This document shows, one piece after another, positions 12,410 to 27,190 of a DNA stretch of 64,000 nucleotides. Position 1 is the first letter of the stretch. Each line of letters starts with the position of its first letter. A model generated the notes under the pieces. That model saw only the letters and a program-made list of their open reading frames with translations, did no database searches and was not told the DNA's origin. Location of the stretch: the NCBI RefSeq assembly GCF_902652985.1, contig NC_047033.1, positions 10,106,001 to 10,170,000 on the forward strand, given 5' to 3'. Source of the stretch: Pecten maximus. Its lineage: Eukaryota. A program made the position numbers and the translations under genes.

Positions 12410-13680
12410 CTGTTTGTTTTGTCAAAGCTTCATTTAAGCAGTGACATTTGTCACCAACTCCACACAGATTAAATAAGCTCAAAACAAACACTTTTGACAC
12501 TGCATGTACAGCAGTGGAATATGGAAAAGAAATGAGCTTCAATGCTTTGATTCAGGCATTTGATTTATCTTGTAATTCTATCCAATAAAAATGGCCAGTC
12601 TAATATTCCATGTTTGTCATCAATTTAGAGATTGGTGTCTGATTTAATAGCACATATTTCTCAAAATATTCCATCTTCCATCTGACATCCTTTTATACTT
12701 CCAACATATTTTTACTTGTTTATAATCCAAATGGAAAATATTTCATCAGCGGAGAAAGAGTTGAAGGCAGTCGTGCACTGAAATGATATGATTTTCTTTA
12801 CAGATACTAGTTGCCAATGTAATTACAACTGCACTGGCTTCATTTGTACAAATTCTCCACAGAAATCTATCTATGCACTTATAACATTTTGTATTGCAGC
12901 CTCTCGATGTTCTCCTAGAATCAGCTTCAAACCCAGGGGACAGCGCACAGTGGCAGGAAAAAAAGATTTTTGATTAGCGATAACTGTTAATGGTCGGTTT
13001 AGGATATTGTGAAAACGTCACTAGGATTCTAAACACTGAGACACAACCTTAAATAATTTTCCTATAACAGATTTGGTCAATTGTACGACCTTAACTGAAT
13101 CATTGAAGGACGTTATTCCTCCAAAACAATTTGAAAATTCCTCACTGTTTCGCGTGATGCTGATACTCAACAGAAATGCTTGCACGCATGTTATTTCGCA
13201 AGAAATATTATTCTTGATAAAATGCTGTCATGTGCAGGCAATGATGTCAATGTATTCAATTTCATGTGACACATTAGTTTTTATTAAAACCCGTAAGCCT
13301 CGCAAACGTCTCATCTGCATCAATAAAGTTTGGATCGTCTTATTTCTGAATAGAGATTGTCATCATAACTTGTATGTTATCTTTTCCTGGTTTTCCACCA
13401 TAATACATGGACTTGACGCAACGGTATTCAGTTTTTTAAGTTTTCCACCAGACAACATACATTTGACGCACTGATATTTAGTTTAAGTTTTTCACTAGAC
13501 AACAGGCATTCGGTGCACTGATAATCAGTTTTCATAGCACGACGACAATCTCCTGTTAAGGCAGGTTTCGTAATACCAAATGCGTTAAATAGTTTATTTA
13601 TAGTCACTTTTAACAATGAAGAATGCAAGAATATGGTGCATTTCACTACTTTGCAGCTCTGCAAAATCCAAGATTGAAAA
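12410..13680 (-). mobile_element. Highly degenerate LINE ORF2 remnant (RT plus C-terminal Cys/His motif)
   Basis: ORF 13428-13664 has SSLLKVTINKL...ALTGDC...KLKLNISASNV, spaced like the RT motifs SPLLFxxxINDL / LxADD / LxINxxKTKV. LFNLCGVGDKCHCL near 12440-12480 resembles the C-terminal CxxC..GDExH motif. Confidence 0.45.
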
Positions 13681-16600
13681 TCTGCTCATTTTCGCTAATA
13701 TCACAATAAGGCCACTTTTGGACGTTGATGTAATCCATTATAAGTTCCGCTCCGATTTCAATAGTGTGATAGAGGGTTCGATTCCAGAAAAAAAAGGTCC
13801 AGGAACATGTTGAAGCTATCCATTACGGTTCTCAAGACTATTAATCCTAATCCTGTTGCTGATCTACCACTTAAGGTCTAAATATTATCAAAATATATAT
13901 TTCACTTTCAAGGTATCACAAGTTATTCAAAATATTATCAAAAATAGCGTTTTTATACATATACATAATCCGCTTCCGTTAAATATTCCGATATCCAAAA
14001 TATTTTGAGAAAATTATTCAAACACTGATTAATTTTCCAGTTGCCTGGTGAGTTCTAGACATATAAAAACAAACGGCAACATTAGATAAATCTCAGTTGG
14101 ATTCCTAGACCTTTGCAGTTATTACAATGCACACCAGTGGGCACCGATAACGGAGAGACTTGTACGCTAGACGTGTCACCTGTTGAGTCTTGCTGTGATA
14201 CATGACGGCCCCTGTGGTAGCTAGCACTTCATGAGCTGCTTAGCTCCTCGTGTAGTATCGATATCTCTATGCACGCCGCTAAGATATACCGGTAAGCGAA
14301 TCTTTCTCTCGTAGATGGCGCATGCTGTATGGTTTGTGCTTTCATCAAGGTCATACGCTTCGAATCAGTTTCACACAAAAAATATTCTCGCAGTTTCATA
14401 AACTAATACACTATTTCAGGAAATGAAAAAAAAAATCACAAATTTGTGTTGAACCCGCTTGAATTATCTTCGTTCAAACACAACAAAGCAAATTGCTAAT
14501 CCGATAATTGCATACAAGGTGTGTGTATATATCTATATAATCTTTGTAATTGCTGTTGACAGTTGAATTGAATTTGTTACCGTGACACAGAAAAAACGTT
14601 AACCATGTCAATTCACGAGTAGGACCCACACGTAATGGACGTCCCTAGACGTCGACAAATCAAATTGCTTAAAATAACTTGGAAGACTTATTTATCTATA
14701 GCGAAATACTGATTCAAGGACTACATTCACAAAAGAAATCAGGGACAACTTCCGGTCAAAGGCAGTCCATGTGTTTGATCGGAAAAATACACTTAATAAA
14801 CTGCTAATGCCATGCCATGTCTCATATGGACCTCCGTATCAAAGACCCGGCCATTTCACTGAGATCTAATATCCCAGAAAACATTACAGGTATTGAGCGG
14901 TGAAGGGAAGGGCAACGTTCGTAGTTTTATGGCATTGATTTGTCACCATGGACAATTCTAAATAACGCATGTAAGGAAAATTGCTGGGGCTTTTTTTTCT
15001 GTAAAGACGATTCTTCAACTGAAATTGCACACGGCTACTTAAAAGACGTAATGGTATTTGCTGGTTTGATTTTTTCTTCTTTAATTAAGAAACAGCCCAT
15101 TTATTCTACTTGTATTTCCGATAGTGTCCTTTAAGGAGCCTGTTAAATTAGTAAATGTATCATTCCTTGTTAAGACAAAGGTTTTCTCCTAACTTTGATA
15201 TTTAAGTTATTGCTGCTTTGAGAAAGCTTAACGATGTTTTTATTTCCTACTGTGAATAGTAATACTGTATTTCCGAATAGTGAAAATTGCCTTATTCGTT
15301 GAAAGGAAAAATAATATTTTCGATTTCTTTCCTTTAAACTTTAACAGATATCATAATCAAAACGGTGTTATATATATTCGAAAAGTGCTCTTTGTATCAC
15401 TTACGCTTACAATGGAATGATTTACCTAAAGTAACAAATCAAACTAACGATATCCGCACAATTAAATAAGGATTGCGATTATAGAACAGCTTTAATAGAT
15501 TTTTATTCTCCGCTGCAATAATGTTAATTGTGTGTCGAATAATTCTAAGCTAAGCCGTTTTAAATGTACATCTTATAATTTAAATTATATATTGATCTAG
15601 AAAGTGAAGTATAAACTTGTATCTCGAATACTGATATAACTTTCACATTTGATTTTGTAATCAAGTCACAGTTGTTTTCATACAAACTTTTACATTTCCT
15701 GAATTGTCGCATTTTCAAAACCCGTCAAGAAGTTAATGCGCTAACAAAATTAATTCAATATTTGTGCCGCTGTTGATTTACCCTCGCCATCTCCCACATT
15801 ACTAACGATCGCTTTAAAATGGTTATTTGCCGTTGATATATAATAATGAGGACACATTAAACGTTTATGTAAATAAGATATCTCATCCGAACAATTTGTA
15901 TATTATTGGCTTTTCAACAATTATTTGAGTTATTAACAATTGATCTCTAGGATCAGATTAAGTAACAAAACATGTGCTTTTCAGGTGTTTCGATATCGAT
16001 TGTTCGGTTGAGCTTGGATAAGCGGATCAATATTTTACCGATTTTTCACATAATCAAAGCCTGTGATAATGTTAGTTATCAGTACATCTTGAGTTAGTTA
16101 TTTTATCTTATAATCAATTCTATAACATGATAATATAAAATGTATATATCTCTAGATCAAAGATATCAATTACGGAAGTTATTTGTGACATATGGAAAGA
16201 AACAAAAGAATTCAATTGAAAAGGAATATATACCAACTGATTATATCCGTTTTCGGACGTAGGGGTATTTCACATACCCGACGCACGTCGACGCGTTTAA
16301 TCCACTTTTAAAATAATGTGCACGGGGTGCTATCAAGTGACATTCATTGGTAAATGTCAACTCTTGGAATGATGTTTAAATCCAAAGCAACTGATGGGAT
16401 CACTTAAATTCCGGACTTGTTATCTTCAAATTGCGTTTTCAAATGTCAGAACCATCTTTACACAAATTTATGGTTTTGCGATAATGACACTGCAGAATGG
16501 CTAGAGACGATTGCATTTAAGCATTGCAGCTTACAAATTCCACCATTAAAGACGTCATCCTAAGTTTGTTGATTGTATGTTTATTTCTTCTTATACACAA

Positions 16601-19417
16601 TCCGCACTTTATATATTTTCTGGCGATAAAATGTAAATTAGAAACTAGTAGATGGTGAACGTATTGTTTTCAAAATTAATTGTTACGGTAACGTCATTCC
16701 TAAAAAGTTACTGAAGGAAAATTGTTGAATCAACATAGCAGACAAAAGTAGTCGATGTATGAATTGACGAATTCATGATAATGGTAGACATCATTATTCA
16801 CGGAAGACATCGGTGGCGTCTGGCGTGAAAGACTAGATATATCCAGACCAGAAAATGTCACTTCAAAAAAATTCCTGACAATTCACAGTCCCGATATAAA
16901 GAAAGCATGTGACAACAGTAACGGAAATCACGTGATTAATGAACACCTGGTACAGGTGTCTGGAGGTCAATCAGCGACATAAGTGGATAGACAATCGATC
17001 TTATTGCTGTTTGCCTGACTCATTAGTCATTCTCGTCGTGGAACCACAAATTGTGATTACCGTAACTAGCTGCTCTATAACTGGCCATTACCGCTGTTCT
17101 CGCCTTTTCCCATTTCTGTGACCTCCTTCTGACGAATGCTTATCTGTTCACTTGCAGATCTTGTCGAAGACATTCATGTGGTCACATATACAGTAGGTGT
17201 AAATGTCAACCCCAATCAACGTTATCTATCAATTCTGCATATTTGTAATGCAATGACTAATTGCATCTCACGACAGAGAAAGGTCAATATATTTCAATGG
17301 CTTCTTTTCTCAGTTATGTTCATGAAATACAAATACAAACACAGGGGCCGTGTTCAGCAACAGTACGGCGAAAGACTGAAATCTCAATCTGACCACATTA
17401 AACTTAATCAAAATAATTTAATGGTCTCACCATCAACAAGCCACTTTTTAACAACCAATCTGTCTGTAACCTTAAATATAATTATTGTCGCTGTCGCACA
17501 ATTAGTTTCTCACAGAAACAGAAATGTCATTGACGCACAACATTATGACACATCCCTGAGTGTTATCCACAACACAACTTAATTATCACAATGGAAAATC
17601 CAAGTCTTCTCCCACTGAAACCAACACCAATCTGTTTAAATCAGAGAACGTTATACCCAGCACAAACTGATCATTGCTTCTGATTATCAGATTGTGTCGT
17701 GAATTTAATTAATCACCTATAGCTACAATGTTTGCTCGTGGTCTGTTGTCCACAGTAACGATCCATGTAAAATGACCTGTTCACCGCCGTCACTTTGATT
17801 AACCTTTTGTAAATGCATTAGGTTTTAAATAGATTATAATTCGGTCAATACCAACGCTCTCAGTCTCGCTTGTCGCTGATATACCGGCAGCGGTTATATA
17901 TATAAAAAAGCCACTTATCTAGAATGTCCAGTCTTAGTAAGCCTAACAGCTAAAGTTATAGCTTGACAAACTTTTATCTGGACAACTCGAAAGGGTGATC
18001 CTCTCCTGTCACGACAGTGTGAACAAATAGTACAGGCCCGTGATGCTGGCAGTAGATGTTCAGGCAGCGTGAATCAATGTAACGTTATCGTGATTAGCAT
18101 TCTACTACTATATTGGAATCAAAATAGGCTGACAATTCATTAAACACACATATATACAATGTATATATGAAGACCTTAATGGTTCTTAATGGTTCTAACT
18201 ACAGTATTGACGTCATATAGGTTGGAAAGGAAGATCACAAATCACTATTCTGGACTTGAGCCTTTTGTTTGATCCTAGTGGGTTTCCTTTCCAGACTATG
18301 TTTTCTCTATCCCTATATTTTTATATCCGGATGGCCAGTCACAACGACGTTCGCTTATTTTTACGGCTTTTATTTTTTGAGTTTTACTCTAAATATATTT
18401 GTAAATAAATCTTCCTTGATACATTTGCGAAACTAATCATTTATTTTAGTATAAGCAATGAATTCATAGATTTTTTATTCAATTATTTATATTTAATACA
18501 TAATATTATTATGAAGACAGATATGTCAGAATTCTTTTATCAATTTCAACAGAAGTACAAGTGTAGGTACACGGTATTGCTATATCAATATCGTTATCAT
18601 ACCCCTCATTCTATATTTAAACATCTGTTTAGGCTTTAATTTTCCTTATTTAGACTCTTGTACACTATTACTTTTGATATTGAAATGTTCTATTTACCAT
18701 TGTCATTTTCATACATTGTCATACTCACAAAACCACTAGCTTATACTTAAAGCTGCGTTCCAATGATCCCTTCTGTACTGGAACCAACGAAAACAGCACA
18801 TTCAGGTTGATATGGAATAGCGTAAAATACCACACTATCTGGCGTGTTCCAAATGAGTGATCGCTGATTAGACAATAGGCATCTCTAATGCAGACTGATG
18901 GAATAGGTATATATAATATATAGATATGTACACTGTATATATAAATTTGTATTTATATATACCGTGTAATAGAAGAGCTGGCTTCATAAATATAATTATC
19001 GTTCATTCCTGATGTGTCAACCGCTTTGACGCTTTAGGTTGCGTATTTAGAAGCCAGTTAGAATGCGTTGGTCCGCGCCATAGGATAATTGTATAGACAA
19101 TGAGCAGTAAAACACTATTAGATTTGCATCGATAGCAGACGATATTATCACATGTGCCACAGGTTCATATAGAATCGATAGAAGTGTTTAGGATGAAAGA
19201 AAATCAAATAAACTTCGTCAGTTATCATCAGTCATATACCGGACGTTTATGTCCCGTTCTAGTAAATCCATGCTACAAGAGCTATTTATATTTTCATTTA
19301 GGAAAATATTGAGGATGCATTCACATTTAAATAAACGCTATATGATTCATCGAACAAGTTTCCAACGAAACACAGTGAACAATTAGACGTACTGGTGATG
19401 GAATTATTCAATTGGAT

Positions 19418-19700
19418 TTACAGACAACCCTGTCTATCAAATAGAATAGTTAAACGGGCCTTAATAGTCAGGTGGTCGTAATATATAGGGATTCAAATAC
19501 ACCGGAATGTGTTTCATTGCTAATCAAAAACAGATGTACTTTATTGATATGTTTTCTTATGTACATGTGACCTTGCAGGAGAGAAAAGTTTTTTTATACA
19601 AATGATATTTAAAGACATACCATCTTATAAACAAGTGGTCTTGATAGACAGGTTTTCTTATAATTATACCGGTTGCCTTGTAAGGCAGGTTTTCGTTGAA
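19418..19700. mobile_element. MITE with internal caggtggtc..tagacagg repeats
   Basis: Starts tacagacaaccctgtctat and contains inverted atagacaggttttc / ggcaggttttc copies and repeated caggtggtc motifs. Confidence 0.45.
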
Positions 19701-20999
19701 TGGATATGACCTTATAAACGTAATATCGTTCAAATCAAACTGTAACAGAATGGTTTATATTTTGCGACTTATTGCGTTCATCAACAAATAACAACACAGA
19801 CTGTTCTTATGCTCATAGGGAAAGAGCACTAAAAATCCCTAATGCTCTATGCCTTTTCAGAGGCGTCTATACGTCATCTGTAATTAACACCTGGGTTTTC
19901 ACGAAATGAATTGCGTGTCTGATGAGTTTAGGCGAGATCCAAAGCGTACAAACCATCATCAAGGTTTTAATTACATGGTGTCAGAAGTGAGTCAACAAAT
20001 GTTGATAAAAAGCTCTACAGTCAATAACTTATCCATTGGATCCGGTGATGACAATCGACAACAAGGTTTCAGGCACGTGCTGTTGCCAATCAACTAGATT
20101 AGTTCTGAACTTCACATAACGCGAAACGTGTAATATCTCGACACTGCAGATTCTATTTTGTCGATTCATAAAATGAATGCCATTAACCTATCCTCTTCGG
20201 ATACATATATCGGTACCACGTGATACCCATTAACTGATATTAATCCTGGGAAGTCGACACAATATAACAACCTCAAAGCTGAAATGTTGTACATAATACA
20301 TACATATACATGTATGTATGTGACATTCAGGCTCAAGTTCTTAAATAAAAGTTATTCCTTAACTTCCTTCATAAGATATACACATCTTTTCTGGATCAAA
20401 CTCAAAATAAAGACATTCTTGCAACAGAACATGACCTGATTTTGAAACGTGATAATGACCTAAAATGATAAAAGGACATTGACCATGGATCTATTTGTTC
20501 AAAGGTCTATAAAGTCGCCCCTTCACTTCCTGCCCCTGCCCATTATACACCAGTGGTCGATTACAATGGCATAACATGACGTGTTATCTAAAGTTCATTT
20601 ATATAATACGAACATTAGGAACATCATTTCGCTTTTACTATCTGTGTGACATTGCAAACTCGAATGAAGACGGATGTTGCCATTCTAAAGCACTAATGGT
20701 AAAACTCCCTCGTAATATATTTTCGTATTTTGTAAATGAGAAAGCAAGCGCTGTGTCACGTGAATGATGGCATAAAAAGATATTGGTGACACAATGCGCG
20801 TGACTGTAGTACATCTTAAACCTTTATATATGGGGAAATCATTATCGTTTACAGATGATGATATATACATTTCTCCTGTTCTCACATTGACACCTCGTCG
20901 ACATATAGGCAATGGTTGTTAAGGCCTTCTTTGTTGTCCCATTTTCCCCTCCTCGATTGGCTTCCAGATTGACAACCTGATCGGTACATTTTCGGTCTC

Positions 21000-21051
21000 A
21001 ATTGTACCATTGGCGAGCGTTAGAAGGACCAAATAGCTGTATAGTACAATT
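21000..21051 (+). ncRNA. Decayed solo hammerhead of the array family with a different stem I
   Basis: aattgtacca ttggcga gcgt TAGAA GGAC caaat AGCT GTA tagtacaatt. Loop II, stem III and spacing match the arrays, stem I is AATTGTAC:GTACAATT, and the core is mutated. Confidence 0.7.
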
Positions 21052-23065
21052 CTATATTCATTATCTGACATATGCTGTATCCGCAATTGAAACCATATTC
21101 AAAGATATTATCAATCTAGGTGTCTGGGGCTTCCTTTAAAGTATCATATTGTGATGCCATATCAGCTACAAGGAAAACTCATTCTATTTTTTTTTTCTTG
21201 AAAACATAATCCCTACACGGTTAATTAAATGAGGACAAATATAGATAATACATTGCATTTTATTGCATGTAGACTGCACCCATACCTTAAAGTAGAAGTA
21301 TATGCTGATATATACATCACTGATTTTAGGGTGGTTAACATTATCAGACAATCGCAAGACTATCAACACGTGGTCTAGGTAATAATAGGGAAAACCAAAT
21401 CCTCATTAGTGTTGCCGGCCAGTTGATTGATTCATATCTCCAGGGTTACGTATCCATTTCATTCTGAAACAACCTCACACAACGCTGAAATTGACACACA
21501 CGAACGGAGACGCGTATTATAGGCCCGACTGTATAATTACTAGACGTATCAACCAGGGACATTCACAATGAATCGTTTGTCCTGATCTACGAGCAGAAAA
21601 AATGGTGACACGTGCATCACTGCGCCTGTTGATATTGCGCTGACTAGTACCACGTGGATTGATCAAAATGCTGATCAAAATGCAGATCAAAATATGAAAT
21701 CTAATCAAACGTAAATACTAAAAAAGTTATCAATTTTGGAATACACAAGCCCAGGTAGTGTTTAAATAATCATTAGCATCCTGGATGACGTCATAAACTT
21801 TATAGACCAATCGGTGAAAACAAGAAAAAAAAATCCAGCCATTTGTTACTATTTGTATGTAAGTATAATAATCATCCTTTCCCGCAAGAATGTGTTTTGA
21901 TCAGAATACCTATTTATAAAATAAATACTTATATTTTTGACGTGTCGAAAAGGCTGACTATGGTTAAAAACGTAGAACTCAGGGAATAATCATAATGGCG
22001 TCGTCATCACCATCCATTTTATTCGTTGGCTATATTCAAGCTTTACGATTTCCACTAGTGTGCAAACAAAAAGGTAAAAAGCGTCTGTATGGGTAGCAGT
22101 TTGGTGTGGCGATCAATATGGCAAGTAAATATTGGCATATAAATAATTCCAATTATAGTTTTTTTTTTCTATTTATAACAACGCTACTAAAAGTAATACA
22201 ATGCATTGTTATCTTTTCACTTAAGTTAATTCTCATTCAACATGTTGATAGGGTAGTTTACTGATGTCTTTAGGAAATTAACCTATATTTTAAATCCAGC
22301 AAAATGAACTAGTACACTTTTTTCTTTGTGACACAATCTATTTTACTGTTGGAATCGATACCGTCAAGATAACTATACTTTTGAAATATCGTCTTCAATT
22401 TTAGGAAAACGCTTCCTTGTTATCCATGGACCGTGTAATGGAGTTATTCATATACAGCGATATTGTAATCATTTCCAGGAATATTCTGTCAAGGCATTTT
22501 AGACGCATTGAATGTATCGAGTCATTTAAATCCAAATAAAACATTTTGTTCGATATTTCTTTAGAAAGTAACTTTCAAAATTGATGTTTGCTCATACTAA
22601 AAGCTCGGACCCAGAAATTGGTAATGAGAGGCACGAGACCCTTTCATACCTGTTATGGATGTTTAATCTAACTTACAATACACCGAATGAAGCGATATCT
22701 GTGTATATGAAATCGACATGGAAATCAACAACTGTCAATTACCTTCGTAAAATCAATGTAAATTATACATAATGTCAAATCAATTATAACTTCACGTGTA
22801 AATCTACTTAACAACATTTAGTTAGTTAGTTAAACGACGTTCTATTTATGCGGAGATGTAACACGCCGTTTGATTGGTCAGTGTTTGCTGAACAGAAGTT
22901 ATTTCAATGGAACATCATATGAATCAACGGACAACCAGTTGTACAGAATATGCAACAACTTGTACAGATGTTATACACAATGCAACACAACTAAAACGGA
23001 ACAGGACAAACTTATACAAAATACGAAACGTATATACAACGAAACAAAAAGTCTTGACATATGAT

Positions 23066-23310
23066 GGGTAGTCGGATGGCACAGTGGTAACAGACTTGCT
23101 TTTCACGTAAGCGGCCGGGGTTCGACTTCCCGATCGGATGTGAAAACATATGGGGTCAACTGCCCTACCACGTGGGTTTCCCCGGATACTCTGGTGTCCT
23201 TCCGCAGTAGGACTCCTCGCGCGCTTCCATCCGGGTCATCAAGAGTGACTAACATGAAAGTTGATTTAGCTTATTTCGCAATCGTTGTAAAATGAATAAA
23301 GTTTACATTG
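23066..23310 (+). mobile_element. tRNA-derived SINE (V-domain type)
   Basis: A-box tggcacagtggtaa, B-box ggttcgact, central gtgggtttccccggatactctggtgtccttcc, and aataaagtttaca tail. Homologous to 46211-46392, 56400-56612 and 25114-25240. Confidence 0.85.
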
Positions 23311-23350
23311 TATTTCGATTTTAGGTCGCCTCGTATGTATCAACACGAAA

Positions 23351-23381
23351 CTGACGAGTCCTAGAAGGACAACCAGCCGTA
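23351..23381 (+). ncRNA. Decayed solo hammerhead of the array family
   Basis: CTGACGA GTCC TAGAA GGAC aaccagcc GTA is identical to the 29854 array over 20 nt. GAAA is damaged and stem I is lost. Confidence 0.75.
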
Positions 23382-25113
23382 CGGAGCAGTTTAATTCAGT
23401 ATGACTCTGTATCTGCTATGTCTGATCTTGAATTTGTTTTAAAAGGTGTTGATATCGTGTGTGTCGTTTGTATAACCCTTTACAGAATACAAAACTACAT
23501 ATCACATATAAAGTACAACACACCTTATAGAGAACATAATTTATGTACAACAAAAGGCAAATAAAAAGAAAACACCATACAAATAACACCAACCGACTTA
23601 TTCACAACGGTACAGTAAATATAAAACACAAAGAAACTGAAAATAAATCTAACAAAGAGAGTAATTGTCCCCGTTGGCACCAGGACAGATGTATCTAGGA
23701 CTATTTTATGCACCCGAATACAGCTCTGAAGTTTGCAGAGTCGTGAACAGACACGTCATTTGAGATCTGCCGAAGCTGTATGGACAGACGTGTTTTCCTT
23801 TGGGAAGTCCTCCGCTCGCCAAAGCTCTGTGGCTCCTCTAAAAGTGCCTTTGATGTTGTCTTTTACAGGCGCTAATATACTCTCTTACATGCTAAATTGG
23901 CAAGTTCAGCATAAGACATGTGGTCTCTCACGTTTTTGAGTTGATTCCACTTTCTTGAATGTCGAAAGGGACTGATTATGTCCCTCCATACTTTGCCGAT
24001 ATTTGCTGCTGAGGGGGCATTAGGTTATCTAAGAATGAATTTAGATGTATCAACTTTCTGATATTGGAAGGTTATGGGAATCGAACCCCAGCAAAACATG
24101 TGTACATATAACATACAAGTTATCTTATAATGTAAGTATTTTTGCGAACTAACCTCTTCAGATTTATTCGCAAAAACATGATTTTGCGATCGGGCATCTA
24201 GAAATGACTTTAAATTAACGAAAGTTGAACTGTAAGAGTCACGAACTCCACCATACCCGCAATACTCCTATAACAGTAACCGGTAGTTTGGCCTTATTAG
24301 GGAACAACCAACCAATTGAAAACATAGATTTTTAAAACAGCCCCTGTGTATAGAAAGTTGAGCCAAGGATAAAATATCTGACAGCCACTGATTGGCCAGT
24401 ATGTTATGAAGCGAGAAAATAGATATGTAGCCTGATAGGTAGCTATCAATAAGAAATGTTGATATTAATTTCCTAAGTCCGATTGATTTTTTTCCCAATT
24501 GGCCGTATAACAGAGTTCTTACTTTCGTACTGTTAATCGCGAATTACTTAAATTTACAATTGGCGCTCCTCGCGGATTAAAATAGAAATAGAACGCGAAA
24601 AATATAAATCACAATTTATACACAAAACAACTTCTACATCACACAATTCTTACACGACAAAACTAGAACACAGCAATACAACGATACAATTAACAACTAT
24701 ATACAATGTAAACGATAATCATTACATCTAATACGACATTTCTCACAACAAACAGAATCTAGATACAAAGACAATAAATGCAGGTATGCTAGGGAATGAA
24801 AATTTAATATTATTCCTGAACGTAAGGAGGCCTACATGTCTGGCAACAGGAAGCAATCTATACTATTCTGATTATATTCCCCTTGTCGCATGATCTCCAA
24901 TTGCTTATAATCAGACTGAATTGCGTTCTGCCCTTTTTATTACCTCATAGCAAATATTATATAACTTCTAACACAACATCTCGGAAATGAGTAAAACATT
25001 AACAAGAAATGTCAAAAAGGAATTTGATACCCCAGACAAACAAGGCAGGTTTGATTACTTTTTGATAATTTTGGCGACAGGTATTTTCTGAAGATTATTT
25101 TTTTTATTTGTTG

Positions 25114-25240
25114 ATGTAAACTTTATTCAATTTAAAACAATTATGAAAAAAAAAATTAACTTATATTAATTACTCTTGTTGGCCCGGATGGAAGCGTGCG
25201 AGAAGTCTTATTGTGTGAGGGAATCGAACCCCGGACGCCT
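25114..25240 (-). mobile_element. Internally deleted SINE copy
   Basis: Reverse complement of the tail (tgtaaactttatt, ttggcccggatggaagcgtgcgag) and B-box (gggaatcgaaccccgg) of the 23066 SINE. Confidence 0.75.
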
Positions 25241-25349
25241 GATATGACCAACATTTATTGTATATAGGAGTTTATTTCGTCTTCATGATATGTCATGTTG
25301 CAATAAGCTAACAGATGGGTTACTTAAAGGTATCAACGAATTAAATAGA

Positions 25350-25945
25350 AGTTACACAGCGAGTGGTTGCTGTATATTGTATTTATATCACTCAAGTTAG
25401 TTATTTTTCAAAAGTTAAATAAAAAACCTTATTATAGCGAGTGTTTTTGTAACGTTGGGGAAATAAGTACCGAGAGAAAAAGAAATACCATACACAACAA
25501 CCACGAGCTTGTGTGACCTGTTTTTACCATAATAGAAAAGATATTCTGAGGATGAATTGACCTGTTTTTTGTCAACGTGTGTTACATAATATCACGTGGG
25601 TGTAAGGATATGATCTAAAGTAAAATGCCGCTAAGTAATAAGCAAAACTGACAATTTCATAAATGTGTGGGTATATTATAACGTATTGTCAGTTATAACA
25701 AATAATTAGCAAGTTTCTTATTTTTCAAAGCAATAATTTGATAGAAATCAATATAAAATATAAGATGATCACAAAAACAGTTGCGAACTACTTTTTGCCC
25801 CACTCTGTAAAGCGGCCTTCAAGTGGTAGCCAATCAAAACCCATTGAACCACGTGTTTAAAAAATAGTTTCGGTCAACGGTCACTGTGTCAACCAAGCAA
25901 AACGCATTTAGAGTATATTTTGGCGTGTGGTATATACTGTTTGTT
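25350..25945 (-). mobile_element. Non-autonomous dispersed repeat, copy 2 (inverted relative to 8035-8560)
   Basis: See 8035-8560. The motif tacacaacaaccacgag..gtgtgacctgttttaccataat also recurs at ~46407-46448. Confidence 0.75.
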
Positions 25946-26819
25946 ATTCAACAGTTAAAATGATTATATGCCTTGATTAACACCAACCTATTGTGGAAGA
26001 ACAGGTAATTCACAAGTAATGGCAAGACATTCAGCAGTAAATATTTTCCGAATATATATTTTGAGTGTATTTCCGTCGCTTTTGTTTGTATCGCATATGT
26101 ACATGTATAGTTGTTATGTTCTTCATGGTAAAAAGTCATGTATCAGTATATCCACAGATAATGGGTCACCTGAAGGTCCTGCGTTTCGAAAGGATAAGCG
26201 TCTTCCTCCTCTCGATTTTATGTCAAAACAACCAGATTGGTCTTCCATAAACCACGCGTACACTCCACATTAGAGACCATTTTCCATCTCAGAGCAGGGT
26301 CAATGTTGCCCCAGCCTCGGCTTGTGATGATTTTTTAAAGAGATTGCAGTATACTATACAATGAGAACAAAATAAATAAAAAATCACTTACCTAATGTCG
26401 GAACAGGAAGTCGAAAGCCGCATGAAAAGAAATTAAAAAAAACTTATATTAGAAATGGTCAATGTCGTGTAATTTTAAAATATCATTTGACAACATCGAT
26501 ATCTTATTTCCAATCTATGCACATAGCTGTAGGATAATAAAACTCAAAATGAGCTCAAACCAATAACGATTTCCATCAAGACCCTTGTGAAAGCCTAAAA
26601 ATGTAATAAAAACCAGACGTTCTGGAAGAGCAAGCGTTTTCGGCTTCATTGGCATGATCACCTACACGTGCTTTGAAAATGATATGGATTGACTAATAGC
26701 CTGTGCTGAAGTTATGATAATTCTGATACAGACAAAAGGGACATATTGGCGGCAAATATACAAAAGTAACATTTACATGCATATTTCAGTGGGACGTCTT
26801 TGTTAGCATCAAGAGACTG

Positions 26820-27190
26820 GAATCGGGTATATTGTTTAACGAGTTAAATTGCTACCCGCTGGTCATTAATTTTGCCATACTCTGCATTTAGATTTGATTA
26901 ATCACTAAATTTATATCTAAATGTTCTATTCAGCAGTTTCTACTATAGTTTGATGAAGACCTTTGGGAATTGTTATAGTCGACTTCTTGTCCGATTGTTA
27001 AATATACTATTTATTTGTTCGATATGACGTCAATCATGATTTATGTCTGTTAATATGTCTATTGGTTCCGCCGCCAACCTTATTTTTTCATTTAGAGAAT
27101 GCGACTTTTCCGGGTTTGACCTATATTTTCCTGGCGGGTATCATTCATGAAGCAGAGGACGCTTAATCTTTATGAACGTCTGGTCTTATA
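26820..27190 (+). mobile_element. Decayed Penelope-like element 3' fragment
   Basis: Residual translation LMKTFGNCYSRL...FDMTS resembles the PLE RT C-terminus (..KFYGR..DL..Y..SVSxMT). It is followed by the recurrent motif gaagcagaggacgcttaatc..aacgtctggtc, also seen at ~29090, ~57548 and inverted at ~26615 and ~37830. Family assignment rests on recalled motifs. Confidence 0.45.
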
